Positions 9,298 to 20,167 are shown, counted from the first letter of the stretch. The stretch: DNA of 64,000 nt from Spirochaetota bacterium (GCA_965208615.1 CBDBPB010000004.1:320001-384000); one strand, 5' to 3'. The notes: a model not told the origin generated them from the sequence alone. Program-made: numbers and translations.

Positions 9298-12267
9298 ATG
9301 CTTTATAATCTTATGACAGAGCATACCAATATAAAAAAAAAGCTAAATCAATTATTTGATGTAGAACTTTATAGCAAGCTCAATAGCTATTCTTTTAAGA
9401 ATATTGATGAGTGTTATAAGCTAATTAAAAAGCTCTATAAGCTATGTGATGACTTTTATGTAGACCTACCAGAGGTTTTAGAGTTTCTAAGTGTTTCAGG
9501 GTGTATAGACAAGGCTCTAGAGGGCTTTATTTTACTAATAGAAAAAAGTAAAAATAGACAAAAACTAATAAAATATATTATAAGTAATCCATTATTTGCA
9601 AAGCTTGTTCCTCAAATACTTATACTGCCTTATGTTAATAAGATTCTCATCTTAGAACCAGACTGGTTATATTGGCTATTAGATCAGGATCTACATAATA
9701 TAAAGTCTAGTGACGACTATCTAGAAGAGCTAAAGTCTTTTAAGTGTAAAAATAAATCCAATAAATACCATTATATAGGCCTTTACAAAAACAGAGAAAC
9801 TTTTCGAATAGCAGTTAGAGAGCTTTTAGGAGAAGACTATTCAAAAATAGAAAAAGAACTTTCTAATCTTGCGGAGGCTTGCTTTAAAACAGCCTATGAT
9901 ATTGTTAACGAAAAATATAAAAAGCAGTATGGCTCAATTGATAATATAGGTTTAGCTATAATCGCCTTAGAAAGACTTGGAGCTTGTGAATTGTGCTATA
10001 ATGATGATGTATCCGTTTTAGTTATATATAGCGATTCTGATAAAAAAAATGTTAATGGCTCCAAATTATCTGCTTATAACTATTATACCAACTTTACCAG
10101 ACAATTAATTGAGATAATAGATAAAAATAATATTTATAGGCTAAGCTATCCCACAAGGTCTAAACGTGATAAAACTCCAAAAGTATATACCATAGATGAA
10201 TATATTTCTAAACTAGAAAATAATATAGCGGTATTTGAACGCTTTCAGCTTATTAAAGCAAGATTTTGTTGTGGAGATGTTAAACTGGGTAATACTTTCC
10301 TAACCCATGCCAATGTAATTACTTATAGAAAGTATCTTTCATTAGACGACATTTATAAGATAAAAGATTTAATAGGTAATTTTAGTCATTCAAAGGTGGT
10401 AAAACTTAAGGATATCGAGATTATGATTCAGATGATCCAGCTATTCCACGGTGGAAAAGTACATAACATACAAACTCAAAATACTTTGAATGCTATTAAT
10501 AAATTATATTGTACGGGATTGTTGAATAAAAGCGAAAAGAACATTTTAGAAGATGGTTATCATTTTTTTAAACTTTTGAAGCATGAGACTCAACTTTTTG
10601 ACAAAGAACAGTGTAAATCATTGATGACTAATAAAAAGCTACTTAAAACCATTGCTAAAAACTTAGGTTATTTACCCAAAACTGATAAAGATGCTGGTAC
10701 TTTATTTAAGGACTACTACAACAATATAAGTTATGAACTTCTTAAAACCTTAAAAAATTATTTTAGAGCTCTTGTAAGGATTAAGAATCCATCTTTTTTA
10801 TATTTATTAAACCATAAGCCTAAGTTAATTCAACATTTTATTGCAAGATATCAATTTAAGGATACAAAAAATGCATTTAATATGATAAAAGAACTTGCTC
10901 CTTCGACTCAAAAGGGTTCAGAGGCTTTTATAAACATTCTACCAATATTTTTAGAAGAAATTAAAAACTCTCCAGATAAAGACTTACTTCTTATTAACTT
11001 TTCTAAGGCTATCAAAAGCTACAACTTAAAAGATGGTTTATTCGAATTCTTTAATTATAACAGAAAAATAGTATGCTATTTATCTAAGGTATTCTCCAAT
11101 AGTGAGTTCCTAAGCGAAATCCTTATTCAGCATCCCGAGCTTTTTGAGGATATTACTAAAAAAGACTTTTTTGAATATAAATATTCTTTTGCAAACTTAC
11201 AAAGAGATCTTAACCAAATACTTAAGTTCAAGTCATTTGAGAAGGCTGTTTTTATTTTTAAAAACTATGAAATATTTAGGATAGGCCTAAAGAGTATTAT
11301 TGGAATCTCTAATATAATTAAAACTACCTATGAACTATCCGTTTTGGCAGAGACTATACTTTTTCACTCTATACAGTATTTCCTTAAAAAGCTATCTGAT
11401 AAAAAGGGTATGCCTGATTCTGAGGTTGCTGTTGTTTTACTTGGAAAGCTTGGAGGAAGAGAACTTAACTTTGGCTCTGACTTAGATATTTTTATAGTTT
11501 ATGAAAAAAATGGCGAGATTAGCTCTGGATATTATAATTCATCATTTTTTAACGACCTAACTGCAAAGACATCTAAGTTTTTATCTTATACGTCTGCATC
11601 TGGTATTCTTTATGACGTTGATCTTAAACTACGACCCCATGGTAAAAATGCTCCTGTGGTAATTTCGGCTAATAAGCTCGATGACTATTTACAAAAAAAA
11701 GGTGCTGTATGGGAAAAGCTCGTTTACACTAAGGCAAGGGTTATTTCTAAAAGCAATAAATTTGAGTTAAAAGTTAAGGATATTATAGATAGGTTTGTTT
11801 ATTCGCCGATAGATGTTTTAGAGTTTAAAAAAGAAGTTGTTCATATGCGAAAGCGTATTGTGGATAATGCTGTTAGTAAAAATGGACATAATCTATTTAA
11901 AAAGGGTAAGGGCGGACTCTTAGATCTAGAGTTTTTAGCACAATACCTTAATATTATACACGGAATAGAAAATAAGTATATTAGAAAAAAGAATATATTT
12001 AACTTATATTCCAGCCTATACCATTATGGTATTATAACTTTAGAGGACTTTAAAACTGCCAAAACAGCCTTGATATTTTTACGGAATATAGAAACAACAT
12101 TAAGAATTATGACTAATTATTCTCATGATAAGCTCCCTGAGTCTAAAGAAGAAAGGGATAAGCTGGCTATTAAGCTTGGATTTAGTAATACTAAGGCTTT
12201 TATGGATAAATATTACTTTATTAATAGTCAGGTTAGTGCTATTTATAAAAAGTTTCTTTTAAATTAA
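9298..12267 (+). CDS. glnE: Glutamine synthetase adenylyltransferase/adenylyl-removing enzyme; N-terminal domain degenerate
   Basis: Two nucleotidyltransferase repeats; C-terminal GKLGGRELNFGSDLD, DLKLRPHG, KGKGGLLDLEF. Confidence 0.88.
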   Translation: MLYNLMTEHTNIKKKLNQLFDVELYSKLNSYSFKNIDECYKLIKKLYKLCDDFYVDLPEVLEFLSVSGCIDKALEGFILLIEKSKNRQKLIKYIISNPLFAKLVPQILILPYVNKILILEPDWLYWLLDQDLHNIKSSDDYLEELKSFKCKNKSNKYHYIGLYKNRETFRIAVRELLGEDYSKIEKELSNLAEACFKTAYDIVNEKYKKQYGSIDNIGLAIIALERLGACELCYNDDVSVLVIYSDSDKKNVNGSKLSAYNYYTNFTRQLIEIIDKNNIYRLSYPTRSKRDKTPKVYTIDEYISKLENNIAVFERFQLIKARFCCGDVKLGNTFLTHANVITYRKYLSLDDIYKIKDLIGNFSHSKVVKLKDIEIMIQMIQLFHGGKVHNIQTQNTLNAINKLYCTGLLNKSEKNILEDGYHFFKLLKHETQLFDKEQCKSLMTNKKLLKTIAKNLGYLPKTDKDAGTLFKDYYNNISYELLKTLKNYFRALVRIKNPSFLYLLNHKPKLIQHFIARYQFKDTKNAFNMIKELAPSTQKGSEAFINILPIFLEEIKNSPDKDLLLINFSKAIKSYNLKDGLFEFFNYNRKIVCYLSKVFSNSEFLSEILIQHPELFEDITKKDFFEYKYSFANLQRDLNQILKFKSFEKAVFIFKNYEIFRIGLKSIIGISNIIKTTYELSVLAETILFHSIQYFLKKLSDKKGMPDSEVAVVLLGKLGGRELNFGSDLDIFIVYEKNGEISSGYYNSSFFNDLTAKTSKFLSYTSASGILYDVDLKLRPHGKNAPVVISANKLDDYLQKKGAVWEKLVYTKARVISKSNKFELKVKDIIDRFVYSPIDVLEFKKEVVHMRKRIVDNAVSKNGHNLFKKGKGGLLDLEFLAQYLNIIHGIENKYIRKKNIFNLYSSLYHYGIITLEDFKTAKTALIFLRNIETTLRIMTNYSHDKLPESKEERDKLAIKLGFSNTKAFMDKYYFINSQVSAIYKKFLLN

Positions 12268-12371
12268 AAAAATATATATTAATAATAACTTAGTTAATTT
12301 TTCTATAACAAGGAAAATAGCTGATAATTTTTATAGTAGAATGCTTAATAAAAAATAGGAGATAAAAAAAA

Positions 12372-13583
12372 TTGGATTTAAAATATGTTAATCCATTTGT
12401 TTCTTCGGCAGTATCTGTAATTAAAGAAGTAGTTGGGGTGACTGCTATAAAAAAGCAGATATACGTTGCTAAAGGCAAAGAAAGCTTAGGCGGTGTCTCT
12501 ATATTTTTCAATATAATTGGAGATGCAGAAGGACAAATCATATTTGATCTTCCACCTGGTATCTCTACAGCTATTGCACAGGAAATGATTGGGTTAAACC
12601 TAAAAGAAATTATCAAAGACATGGAGCAAAAAGAACTCTTTAAGTCAGCTATTGCAGAACTCGGTAATATGATTTCTGGTACAGCAATTACCAAGCTTGA
12701 AGAGTATAATTATGACTGTGATATAAAGTCTCCCCAAGTTTATGTAGGACCTACTACTCTTTTGACTCACCCGTCTATTGCAACTATTGTTATAGAGATG
12801 AATACTGATATAGGTGATTTTTCTATAAATCTTGTTAATAAAAAACAGCGTTATCTTGAAAATATTGAAATTGTTATGGTTAAAACTAACAACGATATTA
12901 ACGAAGCAATAGCTACAAAACTGCTACCAAAAGGGTTTTATCTTTATTCCACTAATGAGATGGAACAAGTTAAATACTATCTCCGTAATAAAAAAGTTGA
13001 TTTTATTTTAATTGATGTAGATCATATTATTAACGAACTTGACTCTACCATAAATAGCTTTAGAGAGCTTAGTGGTAATACTAAATTTAAGATAATTGTG
13101 TTTTCTGATAAAAAAGATCGCAATTTTCTTTTAAGAATACAAAAACTAGGTGCTGCTGGATTACTTCTTAAGTCTACTAATACTGAACAAGTGCTTATAA
13201 AGCTACAAGGAATACTTGCTCGACTGGGAGTTAAGTTAAATGAAAAGAGAAAACAAATTTCTATTAAAATAGATGCCAGTAATATGTTTAAGGTTAATAT
13301 TAAATTAAGTGAAAAACTAAATATATCAGGCATGATTACAGAATTATCAATGAATGGATTAACCTTTATTCCTGAAAATAAAGAAATAGTTAAATCATTA
13401 GACCTTCCATATAAATCATCAGATATACAAATTAATTTAAAAGGTAAATATATCCTTACTGATGGAGCAATAGAGATAGATGATAATGATAATACTATTA
13501 TCAAGTTCATTTCGCTAAAAGAAAAGTTTAGTAAAATATTAGCATTAGCTGTTTTTGATAAAATGTCTTCTTTTAATCCATAA
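12372..13583 (+). CDS. cheX: CheX phosphatase fused to receiver-like and PilZ-like domains
   Basis: YVNPFV, AIAELGNMISG (ExxN); central DFILID...GLLLK; C-terminal EKRK...ELSMNG; TTG start with AGGAG RBS. Confidence 0.8.
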   Translation: MDLKYVNPFVSSAVSVIKEVVGVTAIKKQIYVAKGKESLGGVSIFFNIIGDAEGQIIFDLPPGISTAIAQEMIGLNLKEIIKDMEQKELFKSAIAELGNMISGTAITKLEEYNYDCDIKSPQVYVGPTTLLTHPSIATIVIEMNTDIGDFSINLVNKKQRYLENIEIVMVKTNNDINEAIATKLLPKGFYLYSTNEMEQVKYYLRNKKVDFILIDVDHIINELDSTINSFRELSGNTKFKIIVFSDKKDRNFLLRIQKLGAAGLLLKSTNTEQVLIKLQGILARLGVKLNEKRKQISIKIDASNMFKVNIKLSEKLNISGMITELSMNGLTFIPENKEIVKSLDLPYKSSDIQINLKGKYILTDGAIEIDDNDNTIIKFISLKEKFSKILALAVFDKMSSFNP

Positions 13584-13614
13584 CCTTATATAAAAACATA
13601 AATAAGACATATTA

Positions 13615-14139
13615 TCAAATAAGTTGTTTTCTATAATGCTGTCTAGTGTTGTTAAAAAAGCTTATAACTCCACTTGATCGATAATCGGGATAGGTCCAAC
13701 TGTTAGGACTAAAAGAGTTTTTTCTATAACTTAAGGTTATTTCTGCAAATATTCCCATTCCAATATATATTCTATGAGCAAAGTTTTTAGTGGTTAAAAG
13801 TATCACTTTTGCCTCTGTTAAATAGCCTGGATCAATATTTACACTTCTCTTTAGATTAGCATCTGCAAGTTCCATCTCTATGTCATTAGAAATATGTTTT
13901 AGCGTGGGAGCATTATCCTTATGTATTAGTGAACTAAAAGTTAAGATTATTTTTCCTAAAGGATAATCCATTTCTTTATGATAATAGTCACTAAAACTAC
14001 TAAAGCAGTATGAATGAACATGACTTACTCTACCAAAGTGCTTTTTTAGTAAACTAAGAACTTTTTTATATACTTTTATATCCTTATATGTAATTGATAT
14101 AAACAGCTTTACAGGCTTAATACTATTAATTTTACCCAT
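13615..14139 (-). CDS. DUF4416 family protein
   Basis: YYHKEM, RSVNIDPGY, TKNFAHRIYIG, WTYPDY. Confidence 0.85.
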   Translation of the reverse strand: MGKINSIKPVKLFISITYKDIKVYKKVLSLLKKHFGRVSHVHSYCFSSFSDYYHKEMDYPLGKIILTFSSLIHKDNAPTLKHISNDIEMELADANLKRSVNIDPGYLTEAKVILLTTKNFAHRIYIGMGIFAEITLSYRKNSFSPNSWTYPDYRSSGVISFFNNTRQHYRKQLI

Positions 14140-14160
14140 ATTAGTATACCCTTATTATTT

Positions 14161-15096
14161 TTAATCCATTAATGCTTTTATATGCGTTGAAACCGATTTA
14201 GATAATGCACCTAGGTTATATCCCCCTTCTAATACGGATACTATTTTACCATTACAAAATCTTTTTGCAATTTTTAATATTTCTTTGGTCATTAATGAGA
14301 AACCTTTTTCCGTTAGAGACATTTCTCCAAGGGGATCATCAATATGAGCATCAAATCCAGCAGATATCATAATAAAATCTGGATTAAAACTATTTATAGC
14401 CGGTATAATTTTCTCGTCAAAGGCCTTTAGATAGTGGATATCTATAGAATGTGAAGGCATAGGACAATTTAATGTATAGTTTTTACCTTTTCCTATACCA
14501 ATATCTTTTTGCAGTCCACTACCCGGATATAGCTTATCTTGGTGTAAACTGACAAAAAAAACATTATTATCATCATAAAAAAAATCCTGTGTACCGTTGC
14601 CGTGATGCACATCCCAATCTAATATAAGTACTTTTTTTATATTATATTTATCCCGCAGATAGCGAGTAGCTATAGCTATATTATTAAAAAAACAAAAACC
14701 CATTGATGAGTTTTTTTTAGCATGATGTCCTGGCGGTCTTACTGCACAAAAAGCCCTGTTTATCGTATCATCCATAATACTGTCTATGGCAGACATAACC
14801 CCTCCTACTGCCCATAGAGCAACTTCATATGTTTTACTGTTAATAGGGGTATCAATACTGTCTAAAAAGCTGTTTTTGTTTTTGGATGCCATTTCTAATC
14901 GCTGTATGTAGCTATTATTATGTACTTCTCTAATCCAGTTTATGGATGGCCTATAGGGTTCAATATGTTTTAGCTTATAGAAAATACCATCCCTTTTAAG
15001 CTGGCGAATAATGGATGTAATTCGACTAGGGCGTTCTGGATGCCTATTATTAGTTTTATGTTCAAGATAAATTGGACTAGTAATAAAACCAACCAT
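14161..15096 (-). CDS. Histone deacetylase-family (Zn-dependent) deacylase
   Basis: HPERPSR, RPPGHH, GFCFFNN, DWDVHHGNGTQ, SAGFDAH, LEGGY. Confidence 0.95.
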   Translation of the reverse strand: MVGFITSPIYLEHKTNNRHPERPSRITSIIRQLKRDGIFYKLKHIEPYRPSINWIREVHNNSYIQRLEMASKNKNSFLDSIDTPINSKTYEVALWAVGGVMSAIDSIMDDTINRAFCAVRPPGHHAKKNSSMGFCFFNNIAIATRYLRDKYNIKKVLILDWDVHHGNGTQDFFYDDNNVFFVSLHQDKLYPGSGLQKDIGIGKGKNYTLNCPMPSHSIDIHYLKAFDEKIIPAINSFNPDFIMISAGFDAHIDDPLGEMSLTEKGFSLMTKEILKIAKRFCNGKIVSVLEGGYNLGALSKSVSTHIKALMD

Positions 15097-15313
15097 AGTT
15101 ATACACCTTAAGTATTAGACGGCTATAAAGTATAACTTATTACACTACCTAAGGCTATAGCGTAAATAAATAACAACAAAAATTAAAATAAACCAAAATA
15201 AGCTTGACTTATAAATAATCAAAATTTAATTTATAGACCATATTCAAAGTTATTGTTAAATTTAACTTTCTATAAATATCTAATTTATTTATAAATTATA
15301 ATGAGTTGTCTTA

Positions 15314-16426
15314 ATGAATTACATTATTTTTGCTATATCTTTTATAATAATTAACTTATTCATAGCCTATATCCTAAAAAGAGTTGTAAAATATCACCGT
15401 ATTCGTCGTAACTTTTTTGATATATCTCTTAGTCTAGTATTAGTTATTATGTTAATCATTTGTTCGTTAGAGATCTTATATTATTCTTTTTTCCCTATAG
15501 ACTTTGCCTTTAGCGTTATAATACTAAGTTTTATATTTGCCTTATACTTAACTAAGTCTGTTTTTAGGGTTAAGGTAAAAAAAGCTTTTTCTTTACTATT
15601 TGTATCAGTTATTTTCTCTATAATACCGTTATACCTTGTTACTATCTTTCTTATGGATATATATAGAGTCCCAAACAACTCTATGGCTCCTTATCTCGAA
15701 CCCAATAAAACCTATGTTTTAGTGAATAAAGTTAGTTATGGTCTTAATAAACCCCTATATAATGAAATAATTATAAGCTGGAATAAACCACAACAAGGTG
15801 ATATTGTTCTTTTTAAATCCCCTTTAGATGATAAACAAAATTTTATATCAAAGAATACTCTATTTAGTATATTAAACTTCTTAAGTTTTAATTTATTTGG
15901 TTTACCGTCTAATCCGTCTAATCCGTCTAATCCCAACATAATATTCGCCAGAATCCTAAGCAAACCAGGTGAATATTTACCTTATAAAAATCCCTATTCT
16001 AATTTAGAAGAATATAATAAACAGCATTTTTTATATATTCCCAAAAGAAATGATAAAATAGAAGTAATATTAAGTCCAGATAGAAAAACTGTTAGGTTTT
16101 CTAACACTACAAGATTCTCTTTTACTATAAGTATAGACAGTCTTCCAACAAATTTAAGGTCTTATGAAAATAGCGCTAAAAACCTTTTGTATTTTTATAG
16201 ATTTTTATTTCCAGACAATCTAAAAAGTATTATTTTATCAAAAGGAGAATACGTTTTTCAAGTTTATAATGACTATTACTTTGTTTCAGCAGATAATAAA
16301 AATAGCATATATGATAGTAGATATTTTGGTATAATACCCTATAAAAATATTATTGGCAAGGCTTTTTTTATAGTAATACCAATATATAATTTTAGTCCAA
16401 TTTTACCTAAGGAATCTGACAAATAG
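15314..16426 (+). CDS. Signal peptidase I homologue (catalytic Lys apparently replaced)
   Basis: SMAPYL, VNK, GDIVLF, DN..S.DSRYFG; KR box reads FAR; PSN x3 repeat at ~15905-15934. Confidence 0.75.
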   Translation: MNYIIFAISFIIINLFIAYILKRVVKYHRIRRNFFDISLSLVLVIMLIICSLEILYYSFFPIDFAFSVIILSFIFALYLTKSVFRVKVKKAFSLLFVSVIFSIIPLYLVTIFLMDIYRVPNNSMAPYLEPNKTYVLVNKVSYGLNKPLYNEIIISWNKPQQGDIVLFKSPLDDKQNFISKNTLFSILNFLSFNLFGLPSNPSNPSNPNIIFARILSKPGEYLPYKNPYSNLEEYNKQHFLYIPKRNDKIEVILSPDRKTVRFSNTTRFSFTISIDSLPTNLRSYENSAKNLLYFYRFLFPDNLKSIILSKGEYVFQVYNDYYFVSADNKNSIYDSRYFGIIPYKNIIGKAFFIVIPIYNFSPILPKESDK

Positions 16427-16432
16427 TTATAT

Positions 16433-16723
16433 TTATTTAGCTATTTCATTCATTGCCTTTTTTAGTTTCTCAATAAGAGATATTTCCTCACTTATCATTC
16501 CCTCTCCACCTATAGCATTATCAGACCATATAATCATAATTTTTAGATCTCTTTCATTAACATCAATAGCTCCGTCTTTAACGTTATTTTTAAGCTTATC
16601 TAACGTAATTCTTTCTTCTGGCAATATTACATTATGATCACCATAATGTCCACCTGAGATGGTGTTTTCAGCCCAAATTAATAATTGTTTAACTTCTAGT
16701 GCATTAACCCTTAATTTAATCAT
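16433..16723 (-). CDS. Hypothetical protein with internal duplication
   Basis: Two similar halves (VNALEVKQLLIWAEN..GG / VNERDLKIMIIWSDN..GG); GGGG RBS. Confidence 0.65.
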   Translation of the reverse strand: MIKLRVNALEVKQLLIWAENTISGGHYGDHNVILPEERITLDKLKNNVKDGAIDVNERDLKIMIIWSDNAIGGEGMISEEISLIEKLKKAMNEIAK

Positions 16724-16838
16724 ATAGCTAACCCCAGTTACTTAGGTATTCTGACTATCTTAATAAAAACGTCTTATTAGGCGTACTAGCTAAAAAAGCG
16801 TGCTGTTTATTTAAATAAATAAGTGTTGTCACTTTTTG

Positions 16839-18188
16839 TTAATTTTTATTATTAAAGTTAAAGGTTTCTAAATATCTTGTAGAATATTTACCTTTTTTGA
16901 AGTCATTATCTTTCATAACCTCTTTGTGAAACGGAATAGTAGTATCAATTCCCTCAATAATAAACTCACCCAAGCTTCTGGTCATCTTATTAATAGCCTG
17001 ACTACGATCCTCACCCCAAACAATTAGTTTAGCAACTAAAGAATCATAATAAGGAGGAACCTCATATTCAGCATATAAATGACTATCCATACGAACACCA
17101 AATCCACCAGGAGGATGAAATGTCTTTACCTTGCCAGGAGAAGAAGAAAAATTATTAAAAGGATTCTCAGCATTAATCCTACACTCTATTGCATGACCAT
17201 TAAATTTAACCTGATCCTGTTTAAAGCTTAGCTTTTTACCTTCTGCAATCAATATTTGTTCTTTAACAATATCAATGCCAGTAACCATCTCGCTAACAGG
17301 ATGTTCAACCTGAATACGAGTATTCATTTCCATAAAATAAAACTGTTTATCAGAATCAAGTAAGAATTCAACTGTTCCAGCACCAACATAATTAACTGCC
17401 TTAACTCCTTTAATAGCGGCTTCTCCCATTTTCTGTCGTAACTGATGACTAAGGTCAGGTGATGGAGATTCTTCGATTAATTTTTGATGTTTTCTCTGAA
17501 TAGAACAATCACGCTCACCAAGATGAATGATATTTCCATGTCTATCTGCGAGGATCTGTATTTCAATATGCCTTGGGTCCTCAAAAAACTTCTCTAAATA
17601 AAGATTAGGATTTTTAAAAGACTTGTCAGCTTCTGCCTGAGCCATATAAAAAGCATTTTCAAAGTCATTTTCAGAATATACAACACGCATTCCTTTCCCC
17701 CCCCCTCCAGCAGTAGCTTTAATTATAACAGGAAAACCAATATCTTTAGCAACTTCTAAACCACTTGTTGCACTCTCTAATATCTCCGATCCGGGAGTAA
17801 CAGGAACACCCGCTTTAATCATAGTCTTTCTGGCAGTAGCTTTATCACCCATAGAATCAATAACATCCTTTGGTGGTCCAATAAAGTTTAGCTTATTTTC
17901 CTCGCAAATTTGAGCAAATAATCCACTTTCCGCTAAAAAACCATATCCAGGATGAATAGCGTCTGCACCAGTTATCTCAGCCGCACCAATAATACTTGGA
18001 ATATGCAAATAGGACTTTAAACTATCAGGAGGACCTATACATACATCCTCATCCGCAAAACGTCTATGTAAACTCAAATCATCTGCAGTAGAATGTACTC
18101 CCACTGTTTTTATACCAAGTTCTTTGCATGCTCTAATAATTCGCAATGCAATCTCACCACGATTTGCAATAAGTACTTTTTTTATCAA
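16839..18188 (-). CDS. accC: Acetyl-CoA carboxylase biotin carboxylase
   Basis: [42 protein letters not shown]. Confidence 0.97.
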   Translation of the reverse strand: MIKKVLIANRGEIALRIIRACKELGIKTVGVHSTADDLSLHRRFADEDVCIGPPDSLKSYLHIPSIIGAAEITGADAIHPGYGFLAESGLFAQICEENKLNFIGPPKDVIDSMGDKATARKTMIKAGVPVTPGSEILESATSGLEVAKDIGFPVIIKATAGGGGKGMRVVYSENDFENAFYMAQAEADKSFKNPNLYLEKFFEDPRHIEIQILADRHGNIIHLGERDCSIQRKHQKLIEESPSPDLSHQLRQKMGEAAIKGVKAVNYVGAGTVEFLLDSDKQFYFMEMNTRIQVEHPVSEMVTGIDIVKEQILIAEGKKLSFKQDQVKFNGHAIECRINAENPFNNFSSSPGKVKTFHPPGGFGVRMDSHLYAEYEVPPYYDSLVAKLIVWGEDRSQAINKMTRSLGEFIIEGIDTTIPFHKEVMKDNDFKKGKYSTRYLETFNFNNKN

Positions 18189-18205
18189 TTATCTACCCCA
18201 TATAT

Positions 18206-18646
18206 TTATTTATTAGCCTGTCTAAGCCTAAAAAGAGGTTGTGCAAACTCTACTGCTTGTCCGTCTTCTACTAATATCTCTACTATTTTACCACTAAAGT
18301 CAGAAATAACCTCATATTGGAAATTCATTGAGCTAATATAAGCAACTAATTTTTGCTTTTCTACTACCTCTCTAAGTTTAACTAAAGGCTTACCACCAGA
18401 CTTTTGACTCCTTCTAAAAAAGCCAACATGTGGTGATGTTATATCAAAAGTATCATCCTCTGGTACTTTTTTACCCTCTTTTTCTACTATTAACTTAGAT
18501 TCCTCAGATTTGCTCTCAATATGGTCTTGTTTATCACAAGCTCCTTTTATTATCTCAACCTTTTTTTTAGGGCTTTCTAGTTTAAAATATTTTACATCAG
18601 TGTTAGCCAAAGACTCTAAAACACTTTCTAAAAAGTCAGTATTCAT
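18206..18646 (-). CDS. accB: BCCP-like protein lacking the biotin-accepting Lys
   Basis: ITSPHVGFF, SGKIVEILVEDGQAVEFAQPLF, efp-accB-accC order; EAMKM reads SSMNF. Confidence 0.8.
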   Translation of the reverse strand: MNTDFLESVLESLANTDVKYFKLESPKKKVEIIKGACDKQDHIESKSEESKLIVEKEGKKVPEDDTFDITSPHVGFFRRSQKSGGKPLVKLREVVEKQKLVAYISSMNFQYEVISDFSGKIVEILVEDGQAVEFAQPLFRLRQANK

Positions 18647-18681
18647 TATATCCTCAAAAAAAAATAATAATAAAGTTAATG

Positions 18682-19242
18682 TTAATTTACTCTCTCTACG
18701 TACTCACCAGTTCTAGTATCAATTTTAATTTTTTCTCCATTGCTTATAAAAAGAGGAACAAGTAACGTATAACCTGTTTTAATAGTAGCAGGTTTATTTG
18801 CTCCACTAACGCTATCACCTTTTAATCCTGGCTCAGTATGAATTACTTCCATTTCCACAAACATAGGAAGAATTATATTAATAATATCATCGTTATAAAG
18901 TTCTATTTCAAGTTCCATACCCTCTACTAAAAAGTTAATATTATTACCAACATCACTCTTAGACAACGATTGTTGCTCATAAGTATTACTATTCATCAAC
19001 ACTATATCATTACCATCAGAGTATAAATATTGAACACTACACCTTTCTATATAGGCATCTTCTATTTTTTCTTCAGACCTAAAAGTCTTTTCAATAACAA
19101 TATTTTTTTTTAGTTGACGTAGCTTAGTTCTAACAAATGCACCACCTTTTCCCGGTTTTACATGTTGATGTTCTACTACATTATATAGCTCCCCGTTTAA
19201 TAAAATAATAACTCCTTTTTTTAATCCATTTGCTGAAATCAC
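18682..19242 (-). CDS. efp: Elongation factor P
   Basis: HVKPGKGGAFVR, TEPGLKGD, VPLFI, DTRTGEYVER. Confidence 0.97.
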   Translation of the reverse strand: MISANGLKKGVIILLNGELYNVVEHQHVKPGKGGAFVRTKLRQLKKNIVIEKTFRSEEKIEDAYIERCSVQYLYSDGNDIVLMNSNTYEQQSLSKSDVGNNINFLVEGMELEIELYNDDIINIILPMFVEMEVIHTEPGLKGDSVSGANKPATIKTGYTLLVPLFISNGEKIKIDTRTGEYVERVN

Positions 19243-19423
19243 TATATACCTCTATATTAGCCCTAAAATAATCAATAAGTATTATAAAATACTTTATATA
19301 AATAACCATCCTAATTTTAAATATAGTAATACATAAATTATATATTACAAAAAAAGTTAAATCTAATCTATAAAATTGAAAGACCGTTGTCAAGTAGAAA
19401 AGTAAAAATTAGATTATATTATA

Positions 19424-19855
19424 TCATAAAAGAGTAATAAGATGACGTAGGGCAAGAAAATACCCATCAGAACCAAGCCCCATAATCACTCCCTTTGCTA
19501 TATCATGAAAATAGGACTTTTGTCTAAAGCCTTCTCTCTTATAGATGTTCGAAAGATGAACCTCTATCATTATAAGGTCATAGGCTAATATAGCATCCCG
19601 TATGGCAATAGATGTGTGAGTATAAGCAGCAGGATTTATAATTAATGCATTTGCATCCTTAGCATTATTTTGTATAAAGTTTATAATATCTCCTTCGTGA
19701 TTAGAAAAAAATATATTTAACTTAATATAGTTTTTATTAGCAAGCTCTATCAACTCACTATTTATGTCATCAAGGGTTTTAGCTCCATATATATTTGTCT
19801 CTCTTGTTCCTAGTAGGTTTAGATTTGGACCATGTATTACTAATACATTTTTCAT
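19424..19855 (-). CDS. aroQ: Type II 3-dehydroquinate dehydratase
   Basis: HGPNLNLLGTRE, NPAAYTHTS, EVHLSN. Confidence 0.97.
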   Translation of the reverse strand: MKNVLVIHGPNLNLLGTRETNIYGAKTLDDINSELIELANKNYIKLNIFFSNHEGDIINFIQNNAKDANALIINPAAYTHTSIAIRDAILAYDLIMIEVHLSNIYKREGFRQKSYFHDIAKGVIMGLGSDGYFLALRHLITLL

Positions 19856-20167
19856 GATTATATACCTTTGCTATTTAGTAAAAATAGTAGAGAAAAATAC
19901 TAGATTTTTTACTATTAACTTTTTATTATATTTAGGTTTGCCCCTTTGTGAATGATAGAACCTTTGCTAAAATAACTTGTATAATAAAATAACTTCTAAA
20001 TTATAGGTGTAATATTTGAAAATAATAATTTTTAAAGTAATAATTATTATAAAAAGCTTTTTTTATAAAAGGAACTACATTTAAATGGAAAAGTCAAAAA
20101 TTAAACAAGAAAAGGCTTTTATTAGTAATTTATAATTAAGGTGTCGATAGTTTAGCGAGAGGGTTTT

